64,000 bases of DNA from Halarcobacter sp. (GCA_048571215.1 CP182352.1:2816001-2880000), one strand, 5' to 3'. Shown: positions 18,518 through 29,752, numbered from the stretch's first letter. Translations and numbers: made by a program. Notes: generated by a model from the letters alone, not told the origin.

Positions 18518-19081
18518 TTATGTTAGATAAAACAATCTAGGGTCAGTACCTAAATGTGATTTTAAAGTAAAATGATCTCTTGTTCTTAAAACTTCTGATA
18601 TCTCACTATTTGGATCATCCAAATCTCCAAAAATTCTAACCTTTGTTGGACAAGTTGCTTGGCAAGCTGTTGTTGTCTCACCCCTAGCTATTCTTGTATC
18701 AGCACAAAAGTTACACTTATCAACTGTATTTGTTCTGTCATCTACATATCTTGCGTCGTAAGGACATGCGGTTATACAATATGAACATAAAATACATTTT
18801 TCAGGATCTACTCTTACCACTCCATTCTCATCATAATAAGTTGCATGGGTAGGGCAAACTTCTTGACAAGGTGCATTTGCACATTGTTGACATTGGCTTG
18901 GTTCAAAATTATTTGAAGCAATATGTAAAAGTGGAAACTCCCCTTCTATCTCCTTTGTTCCAACCCATATTCTATGATTTTCAGCACCCAATAAAATTCC
19001 ATTTTCTTCTTTGCAAGCTGTTTCACAAGCTTTACAGTTAATACAATTTTTATAATCTAGTACCATTGCGTATCTAGCCAT
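18518..19081 (-). CDS. psrB: 4Fe-4S dicluster subunit (PsrB/NrfC family)
   Basis: CINCKACETAC, CQQCANAPCQEVCP, CILCSYCITACP, KCNFC. Confidence 0.9.
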   Translation of the reverse strand: MARYAMVLDYKNCINCKACETACKEENGILLGAENHRIWVGTKEIEGEFPLLHIASNNFEPSQCQQCANAPCQEVCPTHATYYDENGVVRVDPEKCILCSYCITACPYDARYVDDRTNTVDKCNFCADTRIARGETTTACQATCPTKVRIFGDLDDPNSEISEVLRTRDHFTLKSHLGTDPRLFYLT

Positions 19082-19082
19082 C

Positions 19083-21530
19083 TTACACCTTCCTTACATC
19101 AACAATTGTTTCGTGCATTGCAGCACTTCCAAATACTGGTTCAATTACATCATCAATAATCATATTATCAGCTGCTCCATTGCCCACACCTAAAGTTAAG
19201 CTATCAGAAGTTGCGCCAAAGCCATGGATAAAAAATAGTGTATTAGTACCTATTTTTTCAGTAGGATATGCTTTTATTTGAATTTTACCTACTCCACTTT
19301 CAACCTCTACAGTATCTCCAAACTCTATCCCTTTGTCTTTTGCAACTCTTTTATTAATCCATAAATAATTCTCAGGCATTAAATCCAATAACATTGCATT
19401 ATTACAAGTAGCATTTTGAGTAAATTGCCCATGTCGTCCTGTTATGAATTTAAATTTTCCATTTGGTGTTGGAGTATATAATTCATCTCTCCATTTTGGC
19501 ATCGAATCAACACCTTTACTAGTTAGATTTCCCAATACACACTCAACTTTTCCAGAAGGAGTTTTAAATTGTTTTTTAAGAACTGCAATCTCTTTTTCAT
19601 TTACACAGGTATCATGGAAAACATCAGATTTAAATTCCCCTTTTACAATTGAATAAAATCTTCTAGCTTTTGGATACCATTCATACTCATTAGCAGATAT
19701 TTTTTTGAAGTATTTATCCATATTTAAATAATAAACACCTTTTTCTCTAAGTGTCTCCCAAGCCTCTTTTCCATAAACTTTTTCAACCATATGTTTATTT
19801 ATCTCTTCTTGACTAGATCCATATGCATCACTTAAATCAAAACCGTTCTCTTTATAATATGTTTCAATCTCAGCTTCAGTTTTACCATCAATTTCATCTT
19901 GTACATCTTCATCATATTTTTTAGTAATTTCCCATAAAGGTTTTGACATTTTTTTACCTAAGCCATACATGATTTCAATTACTGGTTTTGTTTCATACAT
20001 TGGTTTAACTACTCTTTGTCTTAGTGCAATAGAAGGTTGTGCCCCACCAAATGATTTGATTGGGTCTTCCCTTTCTAAATAAGTACACTCTGGTAAGATA
20101 ACATCTGCCATCATAGCAGTATCGCTTGGCATTGTATCAATTACAACTACTAAATCCATTTTTTCAAACATCTGTCTTGTTTTTTTAATATTTGGAATAC
20201 TTAACATTGGATTTTGTTTATAAACAAACATACTTCTTATTGGATAAGCAGATGTTCCTTCTATAATTTTATTTCTCCAAGCTATCCAAGAACCACTTCC
20301 ACCTATAATTGCTGCTGAATCTTTTTCTATTCTACCTTCAGCATTTGCATATAAAGGGGCATTTACTGTATGAGAGCCCAAAGGCAATACTTTTCCAAAA
20401 ACAATACCACCCTCTTTGTCTATTCCACCACCAAGGGCTGTAAAAATAGCTTGGGCACGTCTTAGTTGAAAATCTTGTTTACTCCAAGTTGTTCTTCTTC
20501 CTTGATAATAGATAGATTTAGGTGCATGGTGCATAAAATCCCTTGCAACTTTTTTTATCTTTGCAACTTTTATCCCTGTGATTTTTTCTGCCCATTCTGG
20601 GGTATATCCACTACTTAAAATATGTTCTTTATACTCTTCAAAACCATTAAAGTTCAAATCTACAAACTTCTTATTATATAACTCTTCTGTTAATACAACA
20701 TGTGTCATTGCAAGAACTAAAGCTAAATCAGTACCCACTTCTATTGGTAACCACTCATCACTATGAGCAGCAGTATTTGTAAACCTTGGATCTACCACAA
20801 CCAATTTGGCACCTCTTCTTTTTGTTCTTTTAAACAAGTCCATAGTATCAGGAGTTACAATAGCTTCTGCCCTATTTGCACCAGCCATTATAATATAATC
20901 TGCATTTTCTAAATCTGCTTGCCCATACCCACCAATAGTAAGAGCATATCCTGAAACTGTTGTTTGTAAACAAATCGATGAATGGTTAACAAAATTAGAT
21001 GAACCAAGCTTATCTTGCATAAATGTTTTATATGTATGCTCAGCCATCCCTTCACCTGCACAGTACCCTATACATGATCTATTATCTTTCTCTTCATCCA
21101 AAATCTTTGTCATCTTTTCAGTTATATATGTATAAGCTTCATCCCAAGTTACTCTTTTATATTTACCATCACCTCTTTTTCCTACTCTTATAAGTGGATA
21201 TTTAAGTCTATCTGGATCATATAAAGCCTGAATTCCTGCATTTCCCCTTGCACAAAGCATATTCTTTGATTTTGGAAAGTGTGGATTTGGGTCTAACTTA
21301 GTTACTACATTATTTTCAACCCTTGCATATGCTGCACATTTATTAACACACATCTCACATAAAGTTGGAACTATTTTTATCTCATTTTTATTATTTGATG
21401 TTTTAGTTGTACCAAATGTTTTCTTATCATCCTGCGATTTACTATTTGATAGTGCAGAAGTTGATGCTGCGATTACTGATAAAGCAACAGTACCTTGTAA
21501 AAATTTTCTTCTTGAAATTTCAACTTCCAT
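19083..21530 (-). CDS. psrA: Molybdopterin oxidoreductase catalytic subunit, polysulfide/thiosulfate reductase type
   Basis: Tat signal SRRKFL, CEMCVNKC...C 4Fe-4S motif, HSSIC Mo-ligand region. Confidence 0.85.
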   Translation of the reverse strand: MEVEISRRKFLQGTVALSVIAASTSALSNSKSQDDKKTFGTTKTSNNKNEIKIVPTLCEMCVNKCAAYARVENNVVTKLDPNPHFPKSKNMLCARGNAGIQALYDPDRLKYPLIRVGKRGDGKYKRVTWDEAYTYITEKMTKILDEEKDNRSCIGYCAGEGMAEHTYKTFMQDKLGSSNFVNHSSICLQTTVSGYALTIGGYGQADLENADYIIMAGANRAEAIVTPDTMDLFKRTKRRGAKLVVVDPRFTNTAAHSDEWLPIEVGTDLALVLAMTHVVLTEELYNKKFVDLNFNGFEEYKEHILSSGYTPEWAEKITGIKVAKIKKVARDFMHHAPKSIYYQGRRTTWSKQDFQLRRAQAIFTALGGGIDKEGGIVFGKVLPLGSHTVNAPLYANAEGRIEKDSAAIIGGSGSWIAWRNKIIEGTSAYPIRSMFVYKQNPMLSIPNIKKTRQMFEKMDLVVVIDTMPSDTAMMADVILPECTYLEREDPIKSFGGAQPSIALRQRVVKPMYETKPVIEIMYGLGKKMSKPLWEITKKYDEDVQDEIDGKTEAEIETYYKENGFDLSDAYGSSQEEINKHMVEKVYGKEAWETLREKGVYYLNMDKYFKKISANEYEWYPKARRFYSIVKGEFKSDVFHDTCVNEKEIAVLKKQFKTPSGKVECVLGNLTSKGVDSMPKWRDELYTPTPNGKFKFITGRHGQFTQNATCNNAMLLDLMPENYLWINKRVAKDKGIEFGDTVEVESGVGKIQIKAYPTEKIGTNTLFFIHGFGATSDSLTLGVGNGAADNMIIDDVIEPVFGSAAMHETIVDVRKV

Positions 21531-21693
21531 TTCAGCTCCTTCGTATATTAATATACTCTTATTATTATATATTAATATTATAATTTTAGCATCTTATATG
21601 ATAAATAAAACTTATCTATGAATAATTGTTTATGATTTTATAAATATTAATATCTTTTATGATTAATTATAAGAATTTGTAATTATATTGTAA

Positions 21694-22818
21694 TCATTGT
21701 GGAGGGTATTTTATATTGATATCAGAGAGTAAACCTTGTTCAAAACCTTTATGACAAGCAACACAGTTTACTTTTGTTTCAACTAAATCACTATCAAAAA
21801 CTTTTTTAGGTATTTTTGAATGTATTTTTTTCCAATAATTTGTTTTTGTTATAGTATAGGCTTTCGATTTTTTTATCTCTTTTGTTAAATAATATGATGA
21901 CTCTCTTGTGGATTTTTCAGAAGAATTTACCACAATATAATTTTCTATAGTTTTAGCTAAACTTGCATCTAATTCTAAATCTTCATTATAATGATTGTGT
22001 TGATCTTTCATCAACTGTACCCAAGATTCTTTTGGTAATAAAAAGGGTGGAATTAGATTGTGGCAATCTGAACACTCAAAATAAAAATCATAGTTTTCTG
22101 CTTTATAGTTTATTTTTTCAAAAATAGATTTAGTAAAAACATTATTTGATGAATAATATGAATAGTATGCAATAGCTATCACAACAACAATATATAAGGA
22201 ACCTAAAAACTTCATTCTAAAAGTTGTTGAGATATCCTCACCTTTAGCTTTTTTAAAGCCACTAACCATTGCCATAACCATATTTGTTTTATGATAGAAT
22301 TGTTCTATTAACACCCCTGTAATATGAGCTGCAATCATAAACAATAAGATATAAACTAATATATAATGTACATTATTTATAATATCAACTTTTGATATAA
22401 GAGATGCATTTAAAAAGGAAAATAATCCATTACCCTCTTGAACTCCATAAAGTATAAAACCACTTAGACAACAAAAAATTCCAAACCAAGTTACTAAAAA
22501 GGCAAACCATGATGAGGCAGGATTATGCCCAGCAGGTATATCTCTATATCTGTATTTAATCTTTTCAATAAAATAGTATTTTAAATGTTTTATTTTAAAA
22601 TCAAAATCACTCCACCTAGCATATTTAGGTCCTATAACTCCCCAAACTATTTTCATCAATAACATACCAAATACAACAATTCCTATTGAGATATGCAAGG
22701 TAAGTAGATTTTCATAAAAAGAGCTTATATAACATGCAAAAAAAGACCCCACCAACATCCAGTGACTTAATCTACCTAAAAAAGACCATACATAAGTTTT
22801 GTATTTATAGTTGTTCAT
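21694..22818 (-). CDS. Cytochrome b/b6 domain fused to diheme cytochrome c domain
   Basis: RLSHW, GHNP, TM histidines; CSDCH and CVACH. Confidence 0.85.
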   Translation of the reverse strand: MNNYKYKTYVWSFLGRLSHWMLVGSFFACYISSFYENLLTLHISIGIVVFGMLLMKIVWGVIGPKYARWSDFDFKIKHLKYYFIEKIKYRYRDIPAGHNPASSWFAFLVTWFGIFCCLSGFILYGVQEGNGLFSFLNASLISKVDIINNVHYILVYILLFMIAAHITGVLIEQFYHKTNMVMAMVSGFKKAKGEDISTTFRMKFLGSLYIVVVIAIAYYSYYSSNNVFTKSIFEKINYKAENYDFYFECSDCHNLIPPFLLPKESWVQLMKDQHNHYNEDLELDASLAKTIENYIVVNSSEKSTRESSYYLTKEIKKSKAYTITKTNYWKKIHSKIPKKVFDSDLVETKVNCVACHKGFEQGLLSDINIKYPPQ

Positions 22819-22867
22819 ATTTTCCTAACAAATGAATATTCATTTATAATTAAATATTTTAAAAAAA

Positions 22868-23095
22868 TTATTTTTTGCTAAATACCTTTTTAATAAAATG
22901 AAATATAACCCTTAAAACCAAAATTATTAAATAGATTACAAAAACATACAAAAGGGGATGATACGGTAACGATTGTGAGAATAATCCCTTAATATGTTCT
23001 ATAGGATGACTAAGCCATGCAGAGTAGTGCATTAGAATAGAAGTTACAATAAAAAGTATAAAAAAAATCAATAATTCTTTTTTTATTTTAAACAA
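22868..23095 (-). CDS. Small membrane hypothetical protein
   Basis: 75 aa, two hydrophobic segments, co-oriented in the cluster. Confidence 0.65.
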   Translation of the reverse strand: MFKIKKELLIFFILFIVTSILMHYSAWLSHPIEHIKGLFSQSLPYHPLLYVFVIYLIILVLRVIFHFIKKVFSKK

Positions 23096-23146
23096 TACAT
23101 TTCCCAGCTTATAAGGTAAAGATCTATTCTTTACCCTATAATATTT

Positions 23147-23809
23147 TTAATTTTTATAAAGATAAGTCTCTATATATTTTGCCATATCTTTAGGGTCATA
23201 TTTCATACCCTTTTCTTCTATCTTATTTTGGTTATGTTCCATAATTTCGTGTTCTGTTCCAGAAGATTGATTTAATCCCCCATCTCTTATATCAATTAAC
23301 TCAACTTCAATTTCATGTGCAGTTTTATCATTTAGGGCAGGTCCTTTCTTTTTAGGATTCCCTTCACCATTTATCCCATGACATTTTGAACACATTTTTG
23401 CATATATTTCAGATACACTATAATCTTTTTTTTCATTTATATCTTTATAATATTTTGCTTCTGGATTATATGTTGTAAAAATAAAGTTTGCCATTGATTT
23501 AGGTTCATAATTCATACCCTTTTCAATAATCTTCTTCATATTATGTTCCATAACTTCATGCTCAGTTCCAGAAGATTGATTTAAGCCTCCACTTTTCAAA
23601 TCATACAAACTGATTTCAAGTTCATGTGCAGTTTGATCATTAAGTGCAGGTCCTTTTTTTGCTGGATTCCCCTCTGCGCTTTGTCCATGACATTTTGAAC
23701 ACATTTTTAAGTATATTTCAGCATCAGTATAACCATTATCTATCGCATTAGCTCCAACTGCAAAAATAGATACCAGAAAACCTAATAAAATTGCTTTCTT
23801 AGCTTGCAT
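23147..23809 (-). CDS. Diheme c-type cytochrome with two tandem duplicated domains
   Basis: Signal peptide MQAKKAILL; CSKCH twice in near-identical context; AAGGA RBS favours the 23809 start. Confidence 0.85.
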   Translation of the reverse strand: MQAKKAILLGFLVSIFAVGANAIDNGYTDAEIYLKMCSKCHGQSAEGNPAKKGPALNDQTAHELEISLYDLKSGGLNQSSGTEHEVMEHNMKKIIEKGMNYEPKSMANFIFTTYNPEAKYYKDINEKKDYSVSEIYAKMCSKCHGINGEGNPKKKGPALNDKTAHEIEVELIDIRDGGLNQSSGTEHEIMEHNQNKIEEKGMKYDPKDMAKYIETYLYKN

Positions 23810-23823
23810 TTTGATTCCTTTTC

Positions 23824-24408
23824 TCATTTTTTGTTAGAGATAGTTACTACAACAGCACCTCTAACTTCTCCACTTTTATAGCCATATCCTCTATCGTTTT
23901 TATAAACTTCTGAGAATCTTTTTTTTGACTCTTTATCAACTTTTTTTTCTAAACCATGACATTTTTTGCAGTCTCTACTTTTCATCTGTATAGGGGCATA
24001 TACTTTATATACACCCTCCTTTACAATTTGTACTATCTGTTCTGGTTCGTATGCATCAGATTTTTCTATTAAATCAAAAGCTTTTAAAATCTTAAGCTCA
24101 TTATCTTGCGGTTTGGCATTTTTATTCCTATTATTAAGACTCACCCTTTTTATAAAAACCTTAGGAGCATATTTTTTATTTAGCTTCTCTAAAACCTTTT
24201 TAGACTCATCAATACAATAGCTAGTCATTGCCTTTGTTCCACCTGATCGTTTTGCATCTTTTAGCTCTTTTTTCAATGTGGACTCAAACTCTTTTGTAGC
24301 TTTCGCCGCAATTTTTTTCACATCTTTCAAGGCTAAATCATTTGCACCCAAAACACTTACAAATATAAATGTTAGTAAAACACTACTACTTATAAATCTC
24401 ATTTTCAA
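23824..24408 (-). CDS. DUF3365/Tll0287-like monoheme cytochrome c
   Basis: RVSLNNRN, CKKCH, GYKSGEVRGAVVV. Confidence 0.8.
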   Translation of the reverse strand: MKMRFISSSVLLTFIFVSVLGANDLALKDVKKIAAKATKEFESTLKKELKDAKRSGGTKAMTSYCIDESKKVLEKLNKKYAPKVFIKRVSLNNRNKNAKPQDNELKILKAFDLIEKSDAYEPEQIVQIVKEGVYKVYAPIQMKSRDCKKCHGLEKKVDKESKKRFSEVYKNDRGYGYKSGEVRGAVVVTISNKK

Positions 24409-24409
24409 A

Positions 24410-25885
24410 CTATGCTCTACCTGAAAGCATCCCGTAAACTGTCATTGGTTTAAGAAGATAAACTTTTAATAGCCACCAGATATATCTCTCTTGAGTTGGA
24501 TCTAAAGGAAATGATGGAGTTGGTTTTTTAGTCCAGTTAAACTCCGCTAACATAACTTTTCCAATATCTGTAATAAGTGGGCATACTGTATATCCTGCAT
24601 ATTTAGCAGTTAAATCTTTACCTTCCATTGCAGAGATAAGGTTTTCAGCTAATACTTTATATTGTTTTCTTGCACTTCCACCTGTTTTACCCATAGGTAT
24701 ACCAGCAACATCCCCTAGTCCAAATATATTTGGATATCTAGTATGTTGAAGTGTTTCTTTATCTAACTCTACCCATCCACCTTTTGATGCACTACCTTTT
24801 TGCCAAGCTAAACTTGAGTTTTTAACTGCATCAGGTGCTCTCATTGGTGGTGTAACATGGATAAAATCATATTCTCTATCTACTGCTTTACTCATAGGAA
24901 CCATAGTATACTCTTCTAAATCCTCATCCCAAGGACCTTTTTCGAACCATCTTTTTTCAAAGGTTGCGATTTTTTTATCTGTATCTATTCCTATTAAGTT
25001 ATTTCTATATTCCCATTTCATATCTCTTGCTTCAAACTGCTTTACAATTGCATCATGATATTCAGGTACACCAAACATTTTTGAACCATTTGGATAGAAA
25101 GTCATTTCAACATTGTCTCTTACTCCAGCTTCCACTAGTCTTGCATTAGTAAGGTACATGATTTTTTTTGGAGCTCCACCACATTTGATTGGAGTATTTG
25201 GGTGAGTATAAAGTGCTTTTAGTTTTTTACCACTTTTAGCTTCAGAAATCAGTTCTTGCATACCTTGCCAAGTGCTAACAGCACCATCTGCATAATAGAT
25301 TGAATGTACTCCATTTTTACCTATTTTCTTAGATACTTCAGGATTAGCTTCTGCTGAGTGTCCAACTCCTTCAAGTCCTTTGATTTGTCCATAATCTAAA
25401 ACTAATCCTGTAGCAACTATTAAGAAGTCATAAGAGATTGTATCTCCACCTTCTAATAAAATTTGATTTGACTCTGGATTAAACTCTGATACCTTATCTT
25501 TTATCATCTTAACGCCGTCTGGGATAAAATCTTTTGTATTATAAACAATATCTGACTTTTCCCAAATACCACCTGCAACTAAGGTCTGACCTGGTTGGTA
25601 CGAAACCGAAATAGGATTTGGTTCTATTACAGTTATATCTGGATTAGACAAACTATTTGATAATCTAGCAGCAGTTGACATACCTGATAAACCACCACCT
25701 ACAATAACTATTTTTGCTTTTGAATCACTTACTGTTGTTTCAGCCTCAGCTTCAGTTGCATTACCCATTAAAAATGACGCAGAACCTATACCAGCTATTT
25801 TAAGAGCATCTCTTCTTGAGATACCTTTTGCTTTAAGTTCTCCATTTATAATATCTAATGCTTTTTTTATCTCATCATTTTTCAT
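24410..25885 (-). CDS. sqr: Tat-exported sulfide:quinone oxidoreductase-like flavoprotein
   Basis: SRRDALK Tat motif, IVGGG, YQPGQTLV, IKCGGAPKK, GYTVCPL. Confidence 0.8.
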   Translation of the reverse strand: MKNDEIKKALDIINGELKAKGISRRDALKIAGIGSASFLMGNATEAEAETTVSDSKAKIVIVGGGLSGMSTAARLSNSLSNPDITVIEPNPISVSYQPGQTLVAGGIWEKSDIVYNTKDFIPDGVKMIKDKVSEFNPESNQILLEGGDTISYDFLIVATGLVLDYGQIKGLEGVGHSAEANPEVSKKIGKNGVHSIYYADGAVSTWQGMQELISEAKSGKKLKALYTHPNTPIKCGGAPKKIMYLTNARLVEAGVRDNVEMTFYPNGSKMFGVPEYHDAIVKQFEARDMKWEYRNNLIGIDTDKKIATFEKRWFEKGPWDEDLEEYTMVPMSKAVDREYDFIHVTPPMRAPDAVKNSSLAWQKGSASKGGWVELDKETLQHTRYPNIFGLGDVAGIPMGKTGGSARKQYKVLAENLISAMEGKDLTAKYAGYTVCPLITDIGKVMLAEFNWTKKPTPSFPLDPTQERYIWWLLKVYLLKPMTVYGMLSGRA

Positions 25886-25972
25886 TATAAATATCTTCCC
25901 CTTTATTTATGTTGGTAAAGGATAGCAAAAAAGAGATAAGACAAGTCTTAAGTTTTTCTTAATTTTTTAATA

Positions 25973-26581
25973 TTAATTATAAATATAACTTATAATATAT
26001 TTTGCTAGTTCATAATCTTCTTTTCTATTTAAGTTTAAAAACTCCATATCATCGGCAAATCTTATAATATTAACTTTACAATTTTTTTGAAGATATCCAA
26101 CTTTATGAATATTATTTTCTAACATTTGTGAAATCGAAAATAAGTTGGACTTATCAAATACTCCACATAAGTTTTGGATTCTAAAAGTTTTTGCAACTGT
26201 AATATCAAAATTTTTAGATTCTTTTATTAGCTTAGATATTGATTCTATTTTTACAAAAGGGGAATCAACAGTGATTATAAAAACTTTTTGACTCTCAATT
26301 GATTCTAAGATTTTTTTTAAGGCAACTATAGGGGAATAGATATCACTATCATCATAAATAATATTAGATTCTTCATCTTTATCACTATTTTTTAGAAAAT
26401 CAAATTTATCAATTTTTGAAGAGATATAAGTTTTTTTAAAGTAAGGTTTTAGTCTATCATATTGGTATTGAATGAGGGTTTTATGATTCCCAAAGGGAAG
26501 AAGTGCTTTATCTTCTCCCATTCGTGAACTTCTACCACCTGATAATATTACACATGGAATATCAAAAGGTTTTTGAAGCAT
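25973..26581 (-). CDS. mobA: Molybdenum cofactor guanylyltransferase
   Basis: ILSGGRSSRMGEDKALL, VDSPF, NLN. Confidence 0.92.
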   Translation of the reverse strand: MLQKPFDIPCVILSGGRSSRMGEDKALLPFGNHKTLIQYQYDRLKPYFKKTYISSKIDKFDFLKNSDKDEESNIIYDDSDIYSPIVALKKILESIESQKVFIITVDSPFVKIESISKLIKESKNFDITVAKTFRIQNLCGVFDKSNLFSISQMLENNIHKVGYLQKNCKVNIIRFADDMEFLNLNRKEDYELAKYIISYIYN

Positions 26582-27864
26582 TATAAACTTCTAGGGTCAG
26601 TTATATATCCAGAAATTGCACTTGCTGCGGCAACTGCACTATTTGCTAAGTAGATTTTAGATGACCTACTTCCCATTCTTCCTACGAAGTTTCTATTTGT
26701 AGTAGAGATACAAACCTCATCATCTCCTAAAATCCCCATATATCCTCCTAAACATGCTCCACATGTTGGATTTGATACAACTGCACCTGCATCTACTAAA
26801 GTATCAATATAGCCAGCTTTAGTAGCATCCCTTAAGATTTTTTGAGTACCTGGAGTTATGATAAGTCTTACATGACGTGCAACTTTTTTATCTTTTAAAA
26901 TCTCAGCTGCAACTTTAAAGTCACTCAGTCTTCCATTTGTACATGAACCTATAAATACTTGATCAACTTTAATATTCTCTTTAACTGCTTCATTTACTGA
27001 GTGTCCATTTGATGGCAAGAAAGGATAAGCAATAACTGGATCTAGTTTTTCAACATCTATTTCAATCACTTGACAATATGTTGCATCCTCATCACTGTAA
27101 TGAATTTTTGGTTCTGCTCTTAATGAATCTCTACTATCTAAAAACTCTTTTGTTACTTCATCATATGCAACTATACCGTTTTTAGCTCCAGCTTCAATCG
27201 CCATATTACATAAAGAGAATCTATCATCCATACTTAAATATCCAATTGTATCCCCTGTAAACTCTAAAGTTTTGTATAAGGCTCCATCAACACCTAAAAT
27301 TCTAATAATCTCTAAAATTAAGTCTTTCCCTGTTACAAATGGTGCTGGTTTACCTTTAAAAATTACTTTAATTGACTCTGGAACTTTAAACCAGTTACCA
27401 CCTGTGATCATACCAAAAGATATATCTGTACTTCCCATACCTGTTGAAAATGCACCTAATGCACCATGTGTACATGTATGTGAATCAGCTCCAATAATAA
27501 CATCACCTGGTAATACTAAACCTTTTTCTGGTAAAAGTGCATGCTCAATACCCATATCTTTTTCATCAAAGAAGTATTTTAAATTGTGTTTCATTGCAAA
27601 ATCTCTTGATATTTTTGCTTGATTTGCACTTGCAATATCTTTTGCAGGAATAAAATGATCTAATACAATTGCAAAACCTTCAGGATTTGCTAGTTTTTCA
27701 AAACCACCCTCTTCAAATGCTCTAATAGATATAGGAGTTGTAATATCATTTCCAATTACCATATCAATTGGGCTTCTTATAATCTCCCCTGCAAAAACCT
27801 CTTTTCCTACATGTTCACTAAATATTTTTTCTGTTATTGTTTGACCCATTATTTTAGTTGGCAA
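26581..27864 (-). CDS. leuC: 3-isopropylmalate dehydratase large subunit (start may be ATG at 27849)
   Basis: GADSHTCT, IGSCTNGR, CGACLG, STTNRNFVGRMG. Confidence 0.9.
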   Translation of the reverse strand: MPTKIMGQTITEKIFSEHVGKEVFAGEIIRSPIDMVIGNDITTPISIRAFEEGGFEKLANPEGFAIVLDHFIPAKDIASANQAKISRDFAMKHNLKYFFDEKDMGIEHALLPEKGLVLPGDVIIGADSHTCTHGALGAFSTGMGSTDISFGMITGGNWFKVPESIKVIFKGKPAPFVTGKDLILEIIRILGVDGALYKTLEFTGDTIGYLSMDDRFSLCNMAIEAGAKNGIVAYDEVTKEFLDSRDSLRAEPKIHYSDEDATYCQVIEIDVEKLDPVIAYPFLPSNGHSVNEAVKENIKVDQVFIGSCTNGRLSDFKVAAEILKDKKVARHVRLIITPGTQKILRDATKAGYIDTLVDAGAVVSNPTCGACLGGYMGILGDDEVCISTTNRNFVGRMGSRSSKIYLANSAVAAASAISGYITDPRSL

Positions 27865-27953
27865 TAGTTAGTATTCTACTAACTAAAACCCCCTCCTTAT
27901 AAATTTTTTTTTTGGATTATAGCTAAATTTCTTTTTAACTACAAAATTTAAAA

Positions 27954-28421
27954 CTATATCTCTTTTCTTTTCTTTTCTTCTTTGTAGATTTGATACTGTT
28001 TATATAAAATTAAAACAACAGCTAAATCTATGATTACATCTGCAAAGTTAAATATTGCAAACTCAAAACCATAATGCCAATAAACATAATCTACCACTCC
28101 ACCATAAGTAAATCTATCTAATATATTAGATAAACCACCTGCAAAAAGCAATCCAATCTCTATATTGTATTGTTTAAAAACAGCAGGATTTTTATATAAA
28201 TATCCTATGGCTACAACAACTAATAAAAGTTGTAAATACTTTAAATACTCTTGCAAAAATGAAAACATTGAAAAGGCAACACCTTTATTATATACCAAAT
28301 GCAATGAGATAATACTCCCATCAACATTCCAATCATAATTTACAAAACAAAACTTTATTATTTGATCAAGTATAAATACAAAAACAAATATAAATAAAGT
28401 GACTTTTAACTTCTCTTTCAT
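27954..28421 (-). CDS. lspA: Lipoprotein signal peptidase II
   Basis: DQIIK, NKGVAFS, SNILDR, VVDY, FNFADV. Confidence 0.95.
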   Translation of the reverse strand: MKEKLKVTLFIFVFVFILDQIIKFCFVNYDWNVDGSIISLHLVYNKGVAFSMFSFLQEYLKYLQLLLVVVAIGYLYKNPAVFKQYNIEIGLLFAGGLSNILDRFTYGGVVDYVYWHYGFEFAIFNFADVIIDLAVVLILYKQYQIYKEEKKRKEI

Positions 28422-29752
28422 AGAACTTTTTTAATAAAAGAGACTAACTCATCCATAGATTTTTCAACCTCTTTTTTATCTTTACCCTCTAAGAGTAATC
28501 TTATTTTATTTTCTGTTCCAGAGTATCTAATCAAATCTCTAATACCTTTTTTTCTAAATGATTCCAATAAAGGTTCTAAGCCTTCAATTTTATTCAATGG
28601 TTTTTTTTCAGATACAATTAGATTAGTTAAAATTTGTGGATATAGTTTAAAAGGATTTAAAACTTCACTTGCTTTTTTACCACTTCTTAATACTAATGCC
28701 AATACTTGTAAAGCAGATGCTAAACCATCTCCCGTTTTTGCCACATCAGAAAATATAATATGCCCACTTTGCTCTCCACCAAAATTGATATTATGTTTTT
28801 TCATTTCTACTAAAACATTTTTATCTCCAACATTAGACCTAATAAGTTTTAATTGGTGGGAATTTAAATAGTCTTCTAAAGCTTTATTACTCATAACAGT
28901 AGCAACACAACCTTTACCCTCTAATGTACCTTCATTTTTCAAAAATAGACAAAGTGCACCTATGAGTTTATCCCCATCAATCACTTCCCCATTTTCATCA
29001 ACTATAACTAATCTATCCGCATCACCATCAAGTGCAATACCTATGTCTGCTCTATACTCTTTTACTATTTTTCCAAGATGTTTTGGATATAAAGCTCCAC
29101 ACTCTTCATTTATATTATAACCATTTGGTTTATTGTTCATTATAATTATATCGGCACCAAGTTCTTCTAAAATAGTTGGAGCAACTTTATATGCCGCCCC
29201 ATTTGCACAATCTAAAACTATTCTCATACCATGTAAAGATAAATCTTTTGGAAAAGAGCTTTTAATAGAAACAATATATCTTCCTATAACATCATCTATT
29301 CTTTTTGAAGAACCTATATCTTTTCCTATAGTTGAACCCTCTTTTAATAACTCTTCATTATTAAAAATATTTTCAATATCCTCTTCACTTTTTGCACTTA
29401 GTTTATCTCCATGATTATTGAAAAATTTTATTCCATTATCTTCATATGGATTGTGTGAAGCACTTATCATAATTCCAGCATCACATCTCATCGATTCTGT
29501 TAAATATGCAATAGCTGGAGTTGGCATTGGACCTATTTGAATTACATCATATCCAACAGAAGTTAGACCACTTACAAGTGCATTTTCTATCATATATCCA
29601 CTTCTTCTAGTGTCTTTTCCAACTAAAATCTTCTTTGTAGTTGAGTATTGTTTAAAATATATCCCTGCTGCTTTTGCTAATTTCAAAACTGTTATTGCAT
29701 CTAAATATTCTCCAGCAAGTCCACGCACACCATCTGTTCCAAACAATTTCAT
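28418..29752 (-). CDS. glmM: Phosphoglucosamine mutase
   Basis: [27 protein letters not shown]. Confidence 0.96.
   Translation of the reverse strand: MKLFGTDGVRGLAGEYLDAITVLKLAKAAGIYFKQYSTTKKILVGKDTRRSGYMIENALVSGLTSVGYDVIQIGPMPTPAIAYLTESMRCDAGIMISASHNPYEDNGIKFFNNHGDKLSAKSEEDIENIFNNEELLKEGSTIGKDIGSSKRIDDVIGRYIVSIKSSFPKDLSLHGMRIVLDCANGAAYKVAPTILEELGADIIIMNNKPNGYNINEECGALYPKHLGKIVKEYRADIGIALDGDADRLVIVDENGEVIDGDKLIGALCLFLKNEGTLEGKGCVATVMSNKALEDYLNSHQLKLIRSNVGDKNVLVEMKKHNINFGGEQSGHIIFSDVAKTGDGLASALQVLALVLRSGKKASEVLNPFKLYPQILTNLIVSEKKPLNKIEGLEPLLESFRKKGIRDLIRYSGTENKIRLLLEGKDKKEVEKSMDELVSFIKKVL

Noticed and set aside
21540..21693. AT-rich palindromic stretches upstream of psrA
   Set aside because: Expected by chance at this AT content; no specific motif could be supported
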